Source: Oligoflexales bacterium
GTDB lineage: Bacteria; Bdellovibrionota_B; Oligoflexia; Oligoflexales; JAPPIL01
Length of the DNA: 64,000 nucleotides
Assembly: GCA_965215515.1 (NCBI GenBank)
Contig: OZ244057.1
Coordinates: 416,001-480,000 of the forward strand
Direction of reading: 5' to 3'
The notes below the pieces were generated by a model. The model did not search any database. It was not told where the DNA came from and saw only the letters and a list, made by a program, of their open reading frames with translations. How positions within the stretch are numbered: position 1 is the stretch's first letter; each line of letters starts with the position of its first letter. The translations under genes were made by a program, and so were the position numbers. This document shows positions 46,232 through 56,220 of the stretch, piece after piece.

Positions 46232-46247
46232 TGGCACGTTTTTTGCT
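46232..46247 (+). promoter_or_regulatory. Sigma-54 (-24/-12) promoter
   Basis: TGGCACG-TTTT-TTGCT, a perfect consensus match about 55 nt upstream of ATG 46303. Confidence 0.75.
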
Positions 46248-46302
46248 CAGAGCCTGAGGTGAATGGTTGTTCTGGAAAAATTTAATCACGGAGAGTGTAA
46301 TC

Positions 46303-46593
46303 ATGTCAGCTGTGGAGAACCTCGACTCGTTGGATTGGATTCAGAAGCTACCCATCGGGATTGCGATCAAGGATTTGGAAACGCAGTTCATTCTGCAAAC
46401 CCTGAAGCACCACAACGGTAACCGCACGCATGCCGCGCGCACTCTGGGTATCAGTCTGCGTACGTTACGTAACCGCATCAACGAGTTGACAGGTCTCGGT
46501 TTTGCTGTTGCACCACCCTCGCCACGCCGTCAGGTGGAAGTGTCTGGCAAAGACGTTACTGGCAAGAATGACAACACACTGCTAAGCTTCTGA
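46303..46593 (+). CDS. Stand-alone Fis-type HTH protein
   Basis: LETQFILQTLKHHNGNRTHAARTLGISLRTLRNRI. Confidence 0.85.
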   Translation: MSAVENLDSLDWIQKLPIGIAIKDLETQFILQTLKHHNGNRTHAARTLGISLRTLRNRINELTGLGFAVAPPSPRRQVEVSGKDVTGKNDNTLLSF

Positions 46594-46653
46594 GGTCGCC
46601 CGCAGAACCGAGCTACGGAATGAGGCGAGGTACGGGCACGGCTTGTACTGTGT

Positions 46654-47514
46654 TCAGACACGCCGCACGCTAACTGCAACTTCGAGCTGGGTGTTGCCTC
46701 CACCCTGGCGGGTGCCGCGGGTCGGGGGCACGTCCTGGTAATCACGGCCGCGCGCGATACACACGTGGCGGGCATCGTTGTAACTGCAGTTGGTGGGATC
46801 GAAACCGACCCAGCCGCGCCCTGGCAGCAGGCATTCCACCCATGCGTGCGTGGCATCGCTCGCTGCCTGTTCGTACCGCTGACCAGTCGTGCACAGATAG
46901 CCAGACACGTAGCGGGTCGGAATGCCCCACGCCCGTGCAATGGCGATCATGACATGTGCATAGTCCTGACACACGCCTTGCCGTGTCGCGAGGATATGGT
47001 CGAGCGACGACTCGACCGAAGTGCTGCCTGGCACGTACTCGAAACACTCGAACAACCTGCCGTTCAAGCGCCGCAAACTCGTCAGCGGATCAGCGGTCAG
47101 TACTACCCCGTTGTCCCGCATAAAATTTTCTAGCGCGGCGGACGGTGTGGTCATAGCACTCGCATGCGTAAAATCCCACAGCTCGAAAGAATTTTGCCAA
47201 CCGCGCACCACCTGCCATGCGTCCGTGGTGAGTGCCGCGGGAAGCGGAGTCGGACACAGAGCGACTTCGGCCTGCATAGTGATCTTCACCTCACCGTGAG
47301 GGCGATGGATACTGAAGTAGTGGTAGTAATTGCCGAAACTATCCCGCTCGCGACTCAATGTCGCCGCAGGTTCGATGTGCAGCGCAAACTCCTGCAACTG
47401 CTGCTGCCCGTCTTGCCGCGGCTGCAGACATAGTGCCATCACGCTCCCGCGGGCGGGCAGCTGGTAACGGTAGTGCGAAATATGTTCAATCTGGTAACGG
47501 ACTGTCTCACTCAT
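46654..47514 (-). CDS. Transglutaminase family protein
   Basis: YQIEHISHYRY, DSFGN, GVCQDYAH, RYVSGYL, HAWVE, GFDPTN, ARGRDYQDVPP. Confidence 0.92.
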   Translation of the reverse strand: MSETVRYQIEHISHYRYQLPARGSVMALCLQPRQDGQQQLQEFALHIEPAATLSRERDSFGNYYHYFSIHRPHGEVKITMQAEVALCPTPLPAALTTDAWQVVRGWQNSFELWDFTHASAMTTPSAALENFMRDNGVVLTADPLTSLRRLNGRLFECFEYVPGSTSVESSLDHILATRQGVCQDYAHVMIAIARAWGIPTRYVSGYLCTTGQRYEQAASDATHAWVECLLPGRGWVGFDPTNCSYNDARHVCIARGRDYQDVPPTRGTRQGGGNTQLEVAVSVRRV

Positions 47515-48485
47515 GACGGAGGCGGCTGATCGGCAACGTCGTAATCGAACCAACGTGCCGCAAGCAGGAGATCGAGTTGACGCAGCTGCAGGTGGCATTC
47601 TCCCAGGTCGGTCTGTGTACTCGCCGTAGCTGGAGGAGAAGCACAAAAGCGGCGCGCTATTCTTTCACTGAACTGTTGCAAAGATCGATCTTGGGACGCA
47701 GTCGCGGTCGATAGTGCGTCGATTTCACGCTGCACATGCAGCATCGTGTATGCCAGCGAGTGCGGCAGTAGAGGATCGTTACACAGCAGTTGCGCAGCTG
47801 GCACAGGATCGATGTGGCCAGGGTGATGCCACTGGTAAGTATCGAGGGCCTGGTAAAAACGCAGCAAACTCACCCAGTCGGCAGTATGGATGGTGTTTTG
47901 GGCACGGCAGAGCTGTTGTTGAGCCTGCAGCAGAGCGCTAGTCTGTTGGGCACGTTCTATGGCGCGGCCGAGTTGCAGAAAATGCCAGCCCTGAGCACGA
48001 TACATGGTAGTGGCCGTTATGCCTGCAAAGGCAGCGAGCTGCTCGCTGATGCGGGCGTAGAAGTTTTCTGGGGTCGGTTGCCAAATTTTTTCCAAACTGC
48101 TGTCCTGTAAGCGCAACCAAGCACGATTGAGGCACATCCACATCTCGAAGCTGAGGTAGTTGCGCGCTTGACGTGCACTCTCCCGTCCGCGCGCAAAACA
48201 ACTGCGCAGCGAGTCAGGGTTGGAAGTTTCGAAAGTCAAATCGTCGGCCAGGGTATAAGCATCGGCCAGGGTAAGATCATCGTCGTGATAAACTTCGAAA
48301 TCGACCGTCGCCACAGGAGGGCGGCGGTGCTGGCTGGTATAGATGCGTCGCCAGCCGTAGTGTATTTCTCGCCGTGGGCGATCGACCAGCGTCTCCACCT
48401 GGAGTTGCAGCAAACGGCATAGGTGCTCGGCACGGACGAGATAACGGGAGAGCCAGTATAAATTTTGGGCGCTGCGAGCTAGCAT
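47511..48485 (-). CDS. Alpha-E domain protein
   Basis: MLARSAQNLYWLSRYLVRAE, RESARQAR, FLQLGRAIERA. Confidence 0.9.
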   Translation of the reverse strand: MLARSAQNLYWLSRYLVRAEHLCRLLQLQVETLVDRPRREIHYGWRRIYTSQHRRPPVATVDFEVYHDDDLTLADAYTLADDLTFETSNPDSLRSCFARGRESARQARNYLSFEMWMCLNRAWLRLQDSSLEKIWQPTPENFYARISEQLAAFAGITATTMYRAQGWHFLQLGRAIERAQQTSALLQAQQQLCRAQNTIHTADWVSLLRFYQALDTYQWHHPGHIDPVPAAQLLCNDPLLPHSLAYTMLHVQREIDALSTATASQDRSLQQFSERIARRFCASPPATASTQTDLGECHLQLRQLDLLLAARWFDYDVADQPPPS

Positions 48486-49913
48486 TTACTGCTCCACCAC
48501 CCATAGGTCTTTGCCTCCCCCGCCTTGCGAGGAATTGACCACCAGACTACCTTCCCGCAACGCGACCCGACAGAACGCCCCAGGCACAATGCGAGTTTCT
48601 CGGCCATGCAGAATGAAGGGACGCAAATCAACATGGCGCGGCTTTGCACGCGTCTCGACCACGCACGGCGCACGGGATAGCGGCAGGGTCGGCTGTGCTA
48701 TGTAGCCGCTAGGGTTCGCGCGCAAGCGTTTTCGAAACACCTCCCGCGCGCACTCGCTGGCATGCGGCCCGACCAGCATGTCGTAGCCGCCCGCACCATC
48801 GACACGCTTGACAACCAGCTCGGCAAGGTGGTCAAGTGTGTAGGCGAGGTGGTCAGGACGGCGGCAGAGGTAGGTGGCTACGTTGGCGAGCAGCGGCTCG
48901 GCATGCAGGTAGTAGCGAATCATGTCGGGCACGTAGGCGTAGACACTCTTGTCATCGGCGATGCCGCTGCCAGGTGCGTTGGCAAGAGCGACGTTGCCGA
49001 GCTTAAAAGCGTGCAATAGCCCTGGCACACCGAGCAGCGAGTCGGGGCGAAAGACGAGAGGGTCGATAAAATCGTCGTCGATGCGGCGGTAGATGACATC
49101 GACTTGCCGCAACCCGCTAGTAGTGCGCATGTAGACATGACCGTTACTGACCAAGAGGTCGCGCCCCTCCACCAACTCGGCTCCGATCTCCTGCGCCAAG
49201 AAGATATGCTCGTAGAACGCGGCGTTGTAAACCCCAGGGGTAAGCAAGGCGATACAGGGATTGGGTTTATCGCTCAGTTCGAGCAGCGTAGTGCGCAACA
49301 TCGCACCGTAGTGTTCTACCTCGCGCACTTTGTAACTGCGGTAGAGGTAGCGCAGGTTTGATTTTATTACCCGACGGTTAGCGATCATATAGGCAACCCC
49401 TGAAGGCACGCGTAAATTGTCTTCCAGCACGAAGAAACCCGCGTTGGTGCGCACGATGTCCGTGCCACAGACGGCGACCCAGGTATGGTGGGGAACGTCA
49501 ACGCCGCGCATGGCAAGGCGATAATGCGGGCAACCGCGTACCATCGCGGCGGGTATTACCCCGTCGGCCACGATACGTGCCTCGTGATAGACATCTTGCA
49601 GAAACATGTTCAGTGCTCGCAGACGTTGCGTCAGTCCCGCGGCCAGCTGTTGCCACTCATGACCCGTCAACAGCCGCGGCATGCAGTCGATCGGGATAAT
49701 GCGCTCCGCCGCCTCCCCCTCGCCATAGACCGTGAAGGTGATGCCAGCGCGGTTAAACGAGCGTGCCACCCGCTCCTGCATGTCGGTAATCTCTGCCGCA
49801 GGCAGTTGCTGCAACGCTCGATACAACAGGTGACAGTGAGGGTGAGGTTTGCCGTTGCTCTGAAACATCTCGTCATAGAAGCAAGGGTCGATTTCGTAGC
49901 TGGAAAAATCCAA
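48486..49913 (-). CDS. Circularly permuted type 2 ATP-grasp protein
   Basis: YDEM, GITFTVY, LEDNLRVPSG, VDVIYRRIDDDF, NAPGSGIADDK, PRHVDLRPF, VVNSSQGGGGKD. Start TTG 49913 is inferred. Confidence 0.93.
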   Translation of the reverse strand: MDFSSYEIDPCFYDEMFQSNGKPHPHCHLLYRALQQLPAAEITDMQERVARSFNRAGITFTVYGEGEAAERIIPIDCMPRLLTGHEWQQLAAGLTQRLRALNMFLQDVYHEARIVADGVIPAAMVRGCPHYRLAMRGVDVPHHTWVAVCGTDIVRTNAGFFVLEDNLRVPSGVAYMIANRRVIKSNLRYLYRSYKVREVEHYGAMLRTTLLELSDKPNPCIALLTPGVYNAAFYEHIFLAQEIGAELVEGRDLLVSNGHVYMRTTSGLRQVDVIYRRIDDDFIDPLVFRPDSLLGVPGLLHAFKLGNVALANAPGSGIADDKSVYAYVPDMIRYYLHAEPLLANVATYLCRRPDHLAYTLDHLAELVVKRVDGAGGYDMLVGPHASECAREVFRKRLRANPSGYIAQPTLPLSRAPCVVETRAKPRHVDLRPFILHGRETRIVPGAFCRVALREGSLVVNSSQGGGGKDLWVVEQ

Positions 49914-50121
49914 CGCGCTAACTCGAAAACGGAAGTGAACCTTCGCCCCTGCTACCGCAAGGAGAAAAATTTTGCAAGCTGGGGTTTTGCAGAGACAGTG
50001 TACGTCACAGACAAGCCTGTGTTGTCTGCAGAAGTTGACGAGGGGCGCGGTTCTTCTGCAAGTGAGCGACTGTTGCCTTCGCTGACCAGCTAGACTAGTA
50101 TGCTCCCGCCTGCAGGGGGGC

Positions 50122-51651
50122 TTGGCGGTGAAAATTGGGGTTATCGACATCGGCACTAATTCCTGCCATCTGTTGGTCGCGGATATCGGGCGGCAGGGCG
50201 AGATTGCGGTGCTCGATACCGATAAGATTCCTTTGCAGCTCGGCCGTTATCTCACCGCTCAGGGCGAGTTGTCGGCGCAGGGGATCGCCAATACGCAGGC
50301 TGCCGTCTCCCGTATGAAGGAGATATGTAAGGGCTATCGTGCCGAGGTGAAAGCGGTTGCCACGCATGCGGTGCGCAGCGCTGCCAATCAACACGAGTTG
50401 ATCCGCACCGTGCGAGACGGCTGTGGTGTGTTGATCGAGCCTATCGACGGGATCGAAGAGGCGCGGTTGATTTTTCTCGGCATGCGTTTTGGTCTGTCGC
50501 TCGACCACGTCGGTTGTCTGGGGATCGACATCGGGGGTGGCTCGACCGAGATCATTTGTGGCACGGGTAGCAACATCGACTACGCCGCGTCGTTGCAGCT
50601 CGGTGCGGTGACGATGAGTCTGCGCTTCTTCAGCGCAACACCGACCGCCCCTGAAATCGAGGCGTTACGAGAATTCATTACTACCGAGTTGGAAGCGAAC
50701 GTCGTACCCCCGTCACGGCTTTCCTTCACCACCGCCGTTGTGTCGTCGGGCACAGGCAAGGCGTTGGCGGCGATCGATCATTATCTGCGCAACGGCAAGA
50801 CTTTGAAAGATGTCAACGGCTACGTGCTCGCACATGAAGATTTGCTGCACATCGTGGCACGGATGGAAGAACTGCGTACCCCCGCGGCGATCGCACGTGC
50901 TTTCGCTCTCGATGCGGCACGAGCGGAAATCATTCTAGCGGGCAGCTTGATTCTCAAAAAAATTTCCACCTGGGGCAAAATAGCCGAGTGGAAAATCTCT
51001 ACCTGTTGTCTGCGTGAGGGTATCGTCGTCGATACCTACGAACACGGTCGCGATCACTACGATACGCGCTGGCGGGGGGTGCAGGCGGTCAGTGAAAAAT
51101 TTAAATGCGACCAACGCCAAGCTCGCCGTGTGCTGAACTTCGCCCTCAATGTCTTGCACAACGTGCCCCGCCGCATCTTGCCCGCCGTAGAGATCATGCA
51201 GTTGCGCGAACTGCTGTCAGCCGCGGCCTGGCTGCATGAGGTCGGCAAAATCATCGGACACGAACGTTACCACCGCCATTCGTATTACATTATTCTGCAT
51301 AGTGCTTTGCTGGGCTTCAATCAACGTGAAAAAGAAATCATCGCGCGTGTTGCCCGCCACCATCGCAAGGGCAAGCCCGCGTCACTCGCTCATCTGTCCA
51401 CTACCGATAACGATGTTATCTGCCTGTTATCCACCATCTTGCGCATCGCTGTCGCGGGTTTTCGGCGACGACGCAATACCATTCTCGGCGTAAAAATTCG
51501 CGATCAGGGGATCTTGACGTTTATTTTTTATTACGCCGACAAAAATTTTCCTGCGGTGGAGATGTTTAATTTGCGCAGTGAACAACAAAACGTCGAGGAG
51601 ACATTGCGCACTGCGGTATCTTTTGTCATGCAACGCCGTGTCCGCAACTGA
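50122..51651 (+). CDS. ppx: Ppx/GppA phosphatase
   Basis: IDIGTNS, VATHAVRSAAN, EEARLI, IDIGGGSTE, LREG, HD-like C-terminal domain. Confidence 0.92.
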   Translation: MAVKIGVIDIGTNSCHLLVADIGRQGEIAVLDTDKIPLQLGRYLTAQGELSAQGIANTQAAVSRMKEICKGYRAEVKAVATHAVRSAANQHELIRTVRDGCGVLIEPIDGIEEARLIFLGMRFGLSLDHVGCLGIDIGGGSTEIICGTGSNIDYAASLQLGAVTMSLRFFSATPTAPEIEALREFITTELEANVVPPSRLSFTTAVVSSGTGKALAAIDHYLRNGKTLKDVNGYVLAHEDLLHIVARMEELRTPAAIARAFALDAARAEIILAGSLILKKISTWGKIAEWKISTCCLREGIVVDTYEHGRDHYDTRWRGVQAVSEKFKCDQRQARRVLNFALNVLHNVPRRILPAVEIMQLRELLSAAAWLHEVGKIIGHERYHRHSYYIILHSALLGFNQREKEIIARVARHHRKGKPASLAHLSTTDNDVICLLSTILRIAVAGFRRRRNTILGVKIRDQGILTFIFYYADKNFPAVEMFNLRSEQQNVEETLRTAVSFVMQRRVRN

Positions 51652-52540
51652 ACGTGTCATCGTTATCTATGGCGAAGACGACTATCTGCGTCGTCAAGCC
51701 GAAGACGAGATCAGAACTGGTTTCGGCGCGGTTATCGGTCTCGACCTGCAACAGCTGCGGCACGATGAACTTATCGCCCGCGCTTGCCAACGCGATCTCT
51801 TTCGCACTGAAGCACAGTTGTATGTTATGCGCGGCAAAGACGAGCCGCGCAGCTTGTGGAAAACATTGCTTGCCGTGCAGACAAAACTCTGCCATGTCTT
51901 GCTTTTTAATTGCGGGAAAAAATCGCTCTCGGCTGCGGCGTGCCAAACTCTGCAAACGCTGAACGCCAAGCTGCTTGCTTGTCCTGCCCCGCGCCCTTAC
52001 GAGTATGACAAACATCTGCACCGCATCTGTGCTCGACACGATTTACATCTCGACTGTGACGGTCAGCGATTGCTGCTCGCACACGGTGGACTGCAGCTCG
52101 CTACTCTGGCTAACGAGGTGCAAAAACTGGCGTTGATCTTCGGCACGAGCGACATTACCGCGGCGGACATCGCCCCTCACCTCGGCCTGTTGCGGGAGGA
52201 TCATAGCTTTGTCATTATCGACTTGCTGTTGAACAGGCAGTACAGTCGTGCACAGCTGGTGGTGGAGGATCTCTTACGGCGCGGCGCAAGTCCCCTGGCG
52301 CTCCTCGGTGTGCTGGCTTATTTTTTGCGCAACGTCATCACCGCGGGTGAAGGGCAACTCAAACTCTCTCCTCGTCAAGTTACCCGCTACCGCAGCTTGG
52401 CACGCATCTGCCAGCCTGATACTTGTCTCGAATTGTTGGCTTTTTGCCAGCAGGCGGACATGGCTTTGAAAACCTCCCGCCTACGTCCTGAACTCATACT
52501 GGGCGAGATCCTGCTGCGCTTATCCTCCTGTACGGCATAA
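51638..52540 (+). CDS. holA: DNA polymerase III delta subunit (divergent)
   Basis: VIYGEDDYL, LANEVQKL.L, IT..DI, D.ALKTS...ELIL. Confidence 0.75.
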   Translation: MSATERVIVIYGEDDYLRRQAEDEIRTGFGAVIGLDLQQLRHDELIARACQRDLFRTEAQLYVMRGKDEPRSLWKTLLAVQTKLCHVLLFNCGKKSLSAAACQTLQTLNAKLLACPAPRPYEYDKHLHRICARHDLHLDCDGQRLLLAHGGLQLATLANEVQKLALIFGTSDITAADIAPHLGLLREDHSFVIIDLLLNRQYSRAQLVVEDLLRRGASPLALLGVLAYFLRNVITAGEGQLKLSPRQVTRYRSLARICQPDTCLELLAFCQQADMALKTSRLRPELILGEILLRLSSCTA

Positions 52541-52612
52541 CGGTTGCTTAGCGACGGGCAAGTGCGATAGAATAGGCCACGCCTGGGTGCTAGTTGAACA
52601 ACCGAAGGAGGC

Positions 52613-53941
52613 GTGATGCGTCTGTGGACGAAGCTATGGTTAGTGCTGCTGTGTGTGGGCAGTCGTGGGGTCGAGGCGAAGGAAGGTGATCGTTTGGTCA
52701 TTATTTCACCGCACCGCAAGTCTCTGCAGCGTGAGTTCATCCCGTTGTTTCGGGAGGATTACCAGCGGCGCTACGGCAAGAAGATCGTGGTCGATTGGCT
52801 CGATCAGGGGGGGACGAACGACGACGTGCGTTTTATCCGTGCCAAGTTTGCCAAGAACCATGCCAGTGCGGGGGTAGACGTTTTTTGGGGCGGTGGCGAT
52901 ATTGTCTTCTCCATGTTGGCGAAGGAGGGGTTGTTATCGCCCTATCGACCTTCGGAACAGATACGCAAGGCCATCCCGCAACAGCTGGCGGGTATCACGA
53001 TGCGCGACAAGGACAATCTGTGGCACGGCACGGCTATGTCGACGTTCGGTATTTTTTACAACAAGAAACTCCTCAAGATAGAAAATCTCCCTGTGCCCCG
53101 CCAGTGGGTCGATCTCGCTCGACCTGCATACTACAACCTCGTTGCGGTGACCGACCCGCGTCGTTCGGGAAGCATGTCGCAGATGGCGGAGATCATCATG
53201 CACAGTGCGGGCTGGGACGAGGGGTGGCATCTTTTGGCAGGCTTGGCGGCGAACGCGACACGGTTTACCCACTCCAGCAGCGATCCGATCAAGGCGGTGG
53301 TCGCGGGTGACGCGGTGGCCGCACCTGCGATCGACTTCTATGCCCACTCCCGCATCAGTAGCATCGGCAAGGACAAACTCGGCTTTGCCTTGCCGACGGG
53401 GCAGACGACGGTGGATTGTGACCCCGTCGCCATTCTGCGGGGAGCACCTAACCGTCAGGCCGCGGAACGGTTTGTGGAATTTTTGTTGCGTCCTGACGTG
53501 CAGCAGCGGCTTATCCTACCCAAAGGTGCGGCTCGCGGGCCGCGTTTTTCTTACTTGGGGCGAATGGCGGTCAACCCTGACAGTTATCGAGGGGTGGATC
53601 GGCAGCAGTTGCTGGTTCTCAATCCTTACGAGCTGAAGAACGAGGATGTCACCCATCTCGATCGAGAGAAGACGGTCAAAGCCATCTTAGTGCGCAAAGA
53701 TCTGATCGGCGCGTTGCACGTTGACACGCATCGGGAATTGCGCAAGATTTGGAAGGATGCGGTGCGCAACAAGCACGATGGGTTGCTGCGGCAGTTGAGT
53801 CGTCCGCCGCTGAGCGAGAAGGAGTTTATGCGGCTGACCGAGAGGTGGCACGACCCCGTGTTTCGCAACAAAAAAACCAGTGCGTGGCTGCAATATGCCC
53901 GCCAGAAGTACAAGCGTCTTCAGAAGCTGGCGCGGCTGTAG
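52613..53941 (+). CDS. ABC transporter extracellular solute-binding protein (Fe3+/AfuA-like family)
   Basis: LVIISPH, DVFWGGG, P..WVDL..P, DPRRSGS, AERFVEFLL. Confidence 0.85.
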   Translation: MMRLWTKLWLVLLCVGSRGVEAKEGDRLVIISPHRKSLQREFIPLFREDYQRRYGKKIVVDWLDQGGTNDDVRFIRAKFAKNHASAGVDVFWGGGDIVFSMLAKEGLLSPYRPSEQIRKAIPQQLAGITMRDKDNLWHGTAMSTFGIFYNKKLLKIENLPVPRQWVDLARPAYYNLVAVTDPRRSGSMSQMAEIIMHSAGWDEGWHLLAGLAANATRFTHSSSDPIKAVVAGDAVAAPAIDFYAHSRISSIGKDKLGFALPTGQTTVDCDPVAILRGAPNRQAAERFVEFLLRPDVQQRLILPKGAARGPRFSYLGRMAVNPDSYRGVDRQQLLVLNPYELKNEDVTHLDREKTVKAILVRKDLIGALHVDTHRELRKIWKDAVRNKHDGLLRQLSRPPLSEKEFMRLTERWHDPVFRNKKTSAWLQYARQKYKRLQKLARL

Positions 53942-54016
53942 CGGGATCAGCTATAATGTAATGGGTGACGGTGGGTGCACCGAGGATACCCGCGGTTTTA
54001 ACGATGAGGGTCGAGC

Positions 54017-55465
54017 ATGATAAAGTTTTTTACCCGCGGCGGGCTGTGTTTGGTTTGGCTGCTAGCTGAAGGCAGTTTTGCCTACGATCTGCCACGTGCT
54101 AAGGGGGCGGGGTGGAAGAGTCTCGCCTTGCAGGAGTTGCAGAAAATTTCACGGGAGATCGCGGTGATCGCCAAGCAAGCGCGCAAGGCGATCGTCTATG
54201 TTTCAACTTCCAAGACCATCGAAATGCCTTTTGGTTATTCCGATCCGCTCGAATTTTTTTTCGGCCCCAACTATCGTCGTCACAATCAAGATCGGCCTAA
54301 GCGCAAGCGTGAGGGTTTGGGTTCGGGTTTTTTCATCGATCTTCAACGCGGCTATGTCCTGACCAACAATCACGTCGTTGCCGATGCTGACGAGATCAGT
54401 CTCAAGCTGGCCAACGATGAGGTTTATGATGGCAATGTGGTGGGGCGGGACAGCAACACCGATGTCGCGGTGATTGAGATCAAGGACAAAAGTTTCAACC
54501 GTCGTGGCTTGCAGTCGTTGGTGCTCGGCGATTCCAGCAAGTTGGTGGTCGGTGATCTGGCTTTCGCACTCGGCGCACCGTTCGGCTTGGAGGCTAGTCT
54601 ATCGTTTGGCATTGTCTCGGCGATGGGGCGGGGTAATCTCAACATCACGCGCATGGGCAATTTTATTCAGACCGATGCAGCCATCAATCCTGGCAACAGC
54701 GGCGGCCCCCTGCTCAACGATGCGGGTCTGGTGGTTGGTCTCAACACGGCGATCTACTCTCGTTCTGGTGGTTACAACGGGATCGGCTTTGCCGTGCCCT
54801 CCAACTTAGTGCGGCGTGTTGCGGAACAGTTGATTAACGACGGGCGTGTGCAGCGCGGTTATCTGGGGGTACAGTTGCAGGCGATCAGTCCTGATCTGCA
54901 CAAGAGTCTACGCTTACCGCAGGGGATCAAGGGTGCGCTGGTATCGCAGGTCATGCGGGGTGAGCCTGCGGACAAAGCAGGATTTCGGGCGGGGGATGTG
55001 ATTGTAGCCGTCAACAACCGTAAAATCGAGAGTGTGCCCGACTTGATCAGCATCATCGGCCTGATCAAGCCAGGGGTGAAGACGAAGATAGGAATTTACC
55101 GCGGCGCTCGCCCCCAGACGATTTACGTAACGATCGGTGCGTACCGCGAGGAGCGACAAGTGTCGCGTAGAGCTGGGAGTGACAGCCGTAACAGTGTTTT
55201 GGGGATGACCTGCAGCAAGGTTAGTGATCGCCTTCGCCAGAAGTTTGGTTTCGAGAGTCAGCACGGCTTGGTGGTGGTTGAGGTTGCGAGCAATTCTCCC
55301 GCCAGCAGGTCGGGACTACAGCCTGGTGATGTGTTGCTCAGCGTTAACGGAGCAAAGGTCACCAGTTTACGGAAATTGCGTAAACTGATCGATGCGGCCA
55401 CTCGCCCACATATTCGCATCGAACGGCAAGGGCAGTTTCTCTTCGTCGCACTGCGTAAAAAATGA
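54017..55465 (+). CDS. degP: DegP/HtrA serine protease with two PDZ domains
   Basis: GLGSGF, LTNNHVV, TDVAVI, FIQTDAAINPGNSGGPL. Confidence 0.95.
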   Translation: MIKFFTRGGLCLVWLLAEGSFAYDLPRAKGAGWKSLALQELQKISREIAVIAKQARKAIVYVSTSKTIEMPFGYSDPLEFFFGPNYRRHNQDRPKRKREGLGSGFFIDLQRGYVLTNNHVVADADEISLKLANDEVYDGNVVGRDSNTDVAVIEIKDKSFNRRGLQSLVLGDSSKLVVGDLAFALGAPFGLEASLSFGIVSAMGRGNLNITRMGNFIQTDAAINPGNSGGPLLNDAGLVVGLNTAIYSRSGGYNGIGFAVPSNLVRRVAEQLINDGRVQRGYLGVQLQAISPDLHKSLRLPQGIKGALVSQVMRGEPADKAGFRAGDVIVAVNNRKIESVPDLISIIGLIKPGVKTKIGIYRGARPQTIYVTIGAYREERQVSRRAGSDSRNSVLGMTCSKVSDRLRQKFGFESQHGLVVVEVASNSPASRSGLQPGDVLLSVNGAKVTSLRKLRKLIDAATRPHIRIERQGQFLFVALRKK

Positions 55466-56220
55466 ACAGGCCGCTCGCCCGCACTCTACAGGGGGTTGTG
55501 TGGGTAGCGGCGCAGGACAGTCTCGTGTTGCCCCCTGCAGTCCCTGCTCCATGTGCGTACAGCCCTTTGTTGCGCAAGTACGGTATTCGGCATGCCTTTC
55601 TGGGAAGAGGGGGGCGGGTTGCAGCGGTGCAGCATGTCAAGCAGGTGCACAGCACGGGAATCGTGGCCGCGGGGGCGGGGACTGCGGCACAGGCGGTGGT
55701 GCGCACTCAGGCCGATGGGGTGTTCACTCTGCGGCGCGGGGAAAGCGTGGCGGTAAAAACGGCTGACTGTGTGCCGATTCTCTACTGTGATCGGGAGGCG
55801 AGGTATTTTGCTCTAGCATTACATGCGGGGCGGCGCGGTTTGTTAGCGGGGATTGTCGCACGTGCGCTCAGTTGTCTCAGCACGCAGGAGGTGCGATGTC
55901 GTGGCGGTTTCTGGTCGATCGGGCCCGCGATCGGAGCGGCAGCTTATGAGGTCGGTGCTGCCGAAATGGAAGCGGTGTATGACGAGGCGGTGGGTTTGTC
56001 TGCGGAGGGGGTAGCTTTGTGTCTCGGCAAGGGGCATGGCGATCGTTGGTATCTCGATTTGCAGCTGTTGGCGGTTTTGCAGCTGTTGCATTGTGGGGTC
56101 AGTGCTGCACACCTCAGCGTGGTCAGGATTTGCACCTATAGGGCTGCAAAGTTGTTTTATAGTTTTCGTTTTGACAAGCGGCATCTAGGATCGAACTGGA
56201 GTTATATATCCCTGTCATGA
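55462..56220 (+). CDS. pgeF: YfiH/PgeF polyphenol-oxidase family protein
   Basis: KQVHS, ADG, VKTADCVPIL, LHAGRRG, IGPAI, YEVG, FYSFR. Confidence 0.9.
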   Translation: MNRPLARTLQGVVWVAAQDSLVLPPAVPAPCAYSPLLRKYGIRHAFLGRGGRVAAVQHVKQVHSTGIVAAGAGTAAQAVVRTQADGVFTLRRGESVAVKTADCVPILYCDREARYFALALHAGRRGLLAGIVARALSCLSTQEVRCRGGFWSIGPAIGAAAYEVGAAEMEAVYDEAVGLSAEGVALCLGKGHGDRWYLDLQLLAVLQLLHCGVSAAHLSVVRICTYRAAKLFYSFRFDKRHLGSNWSYISLS

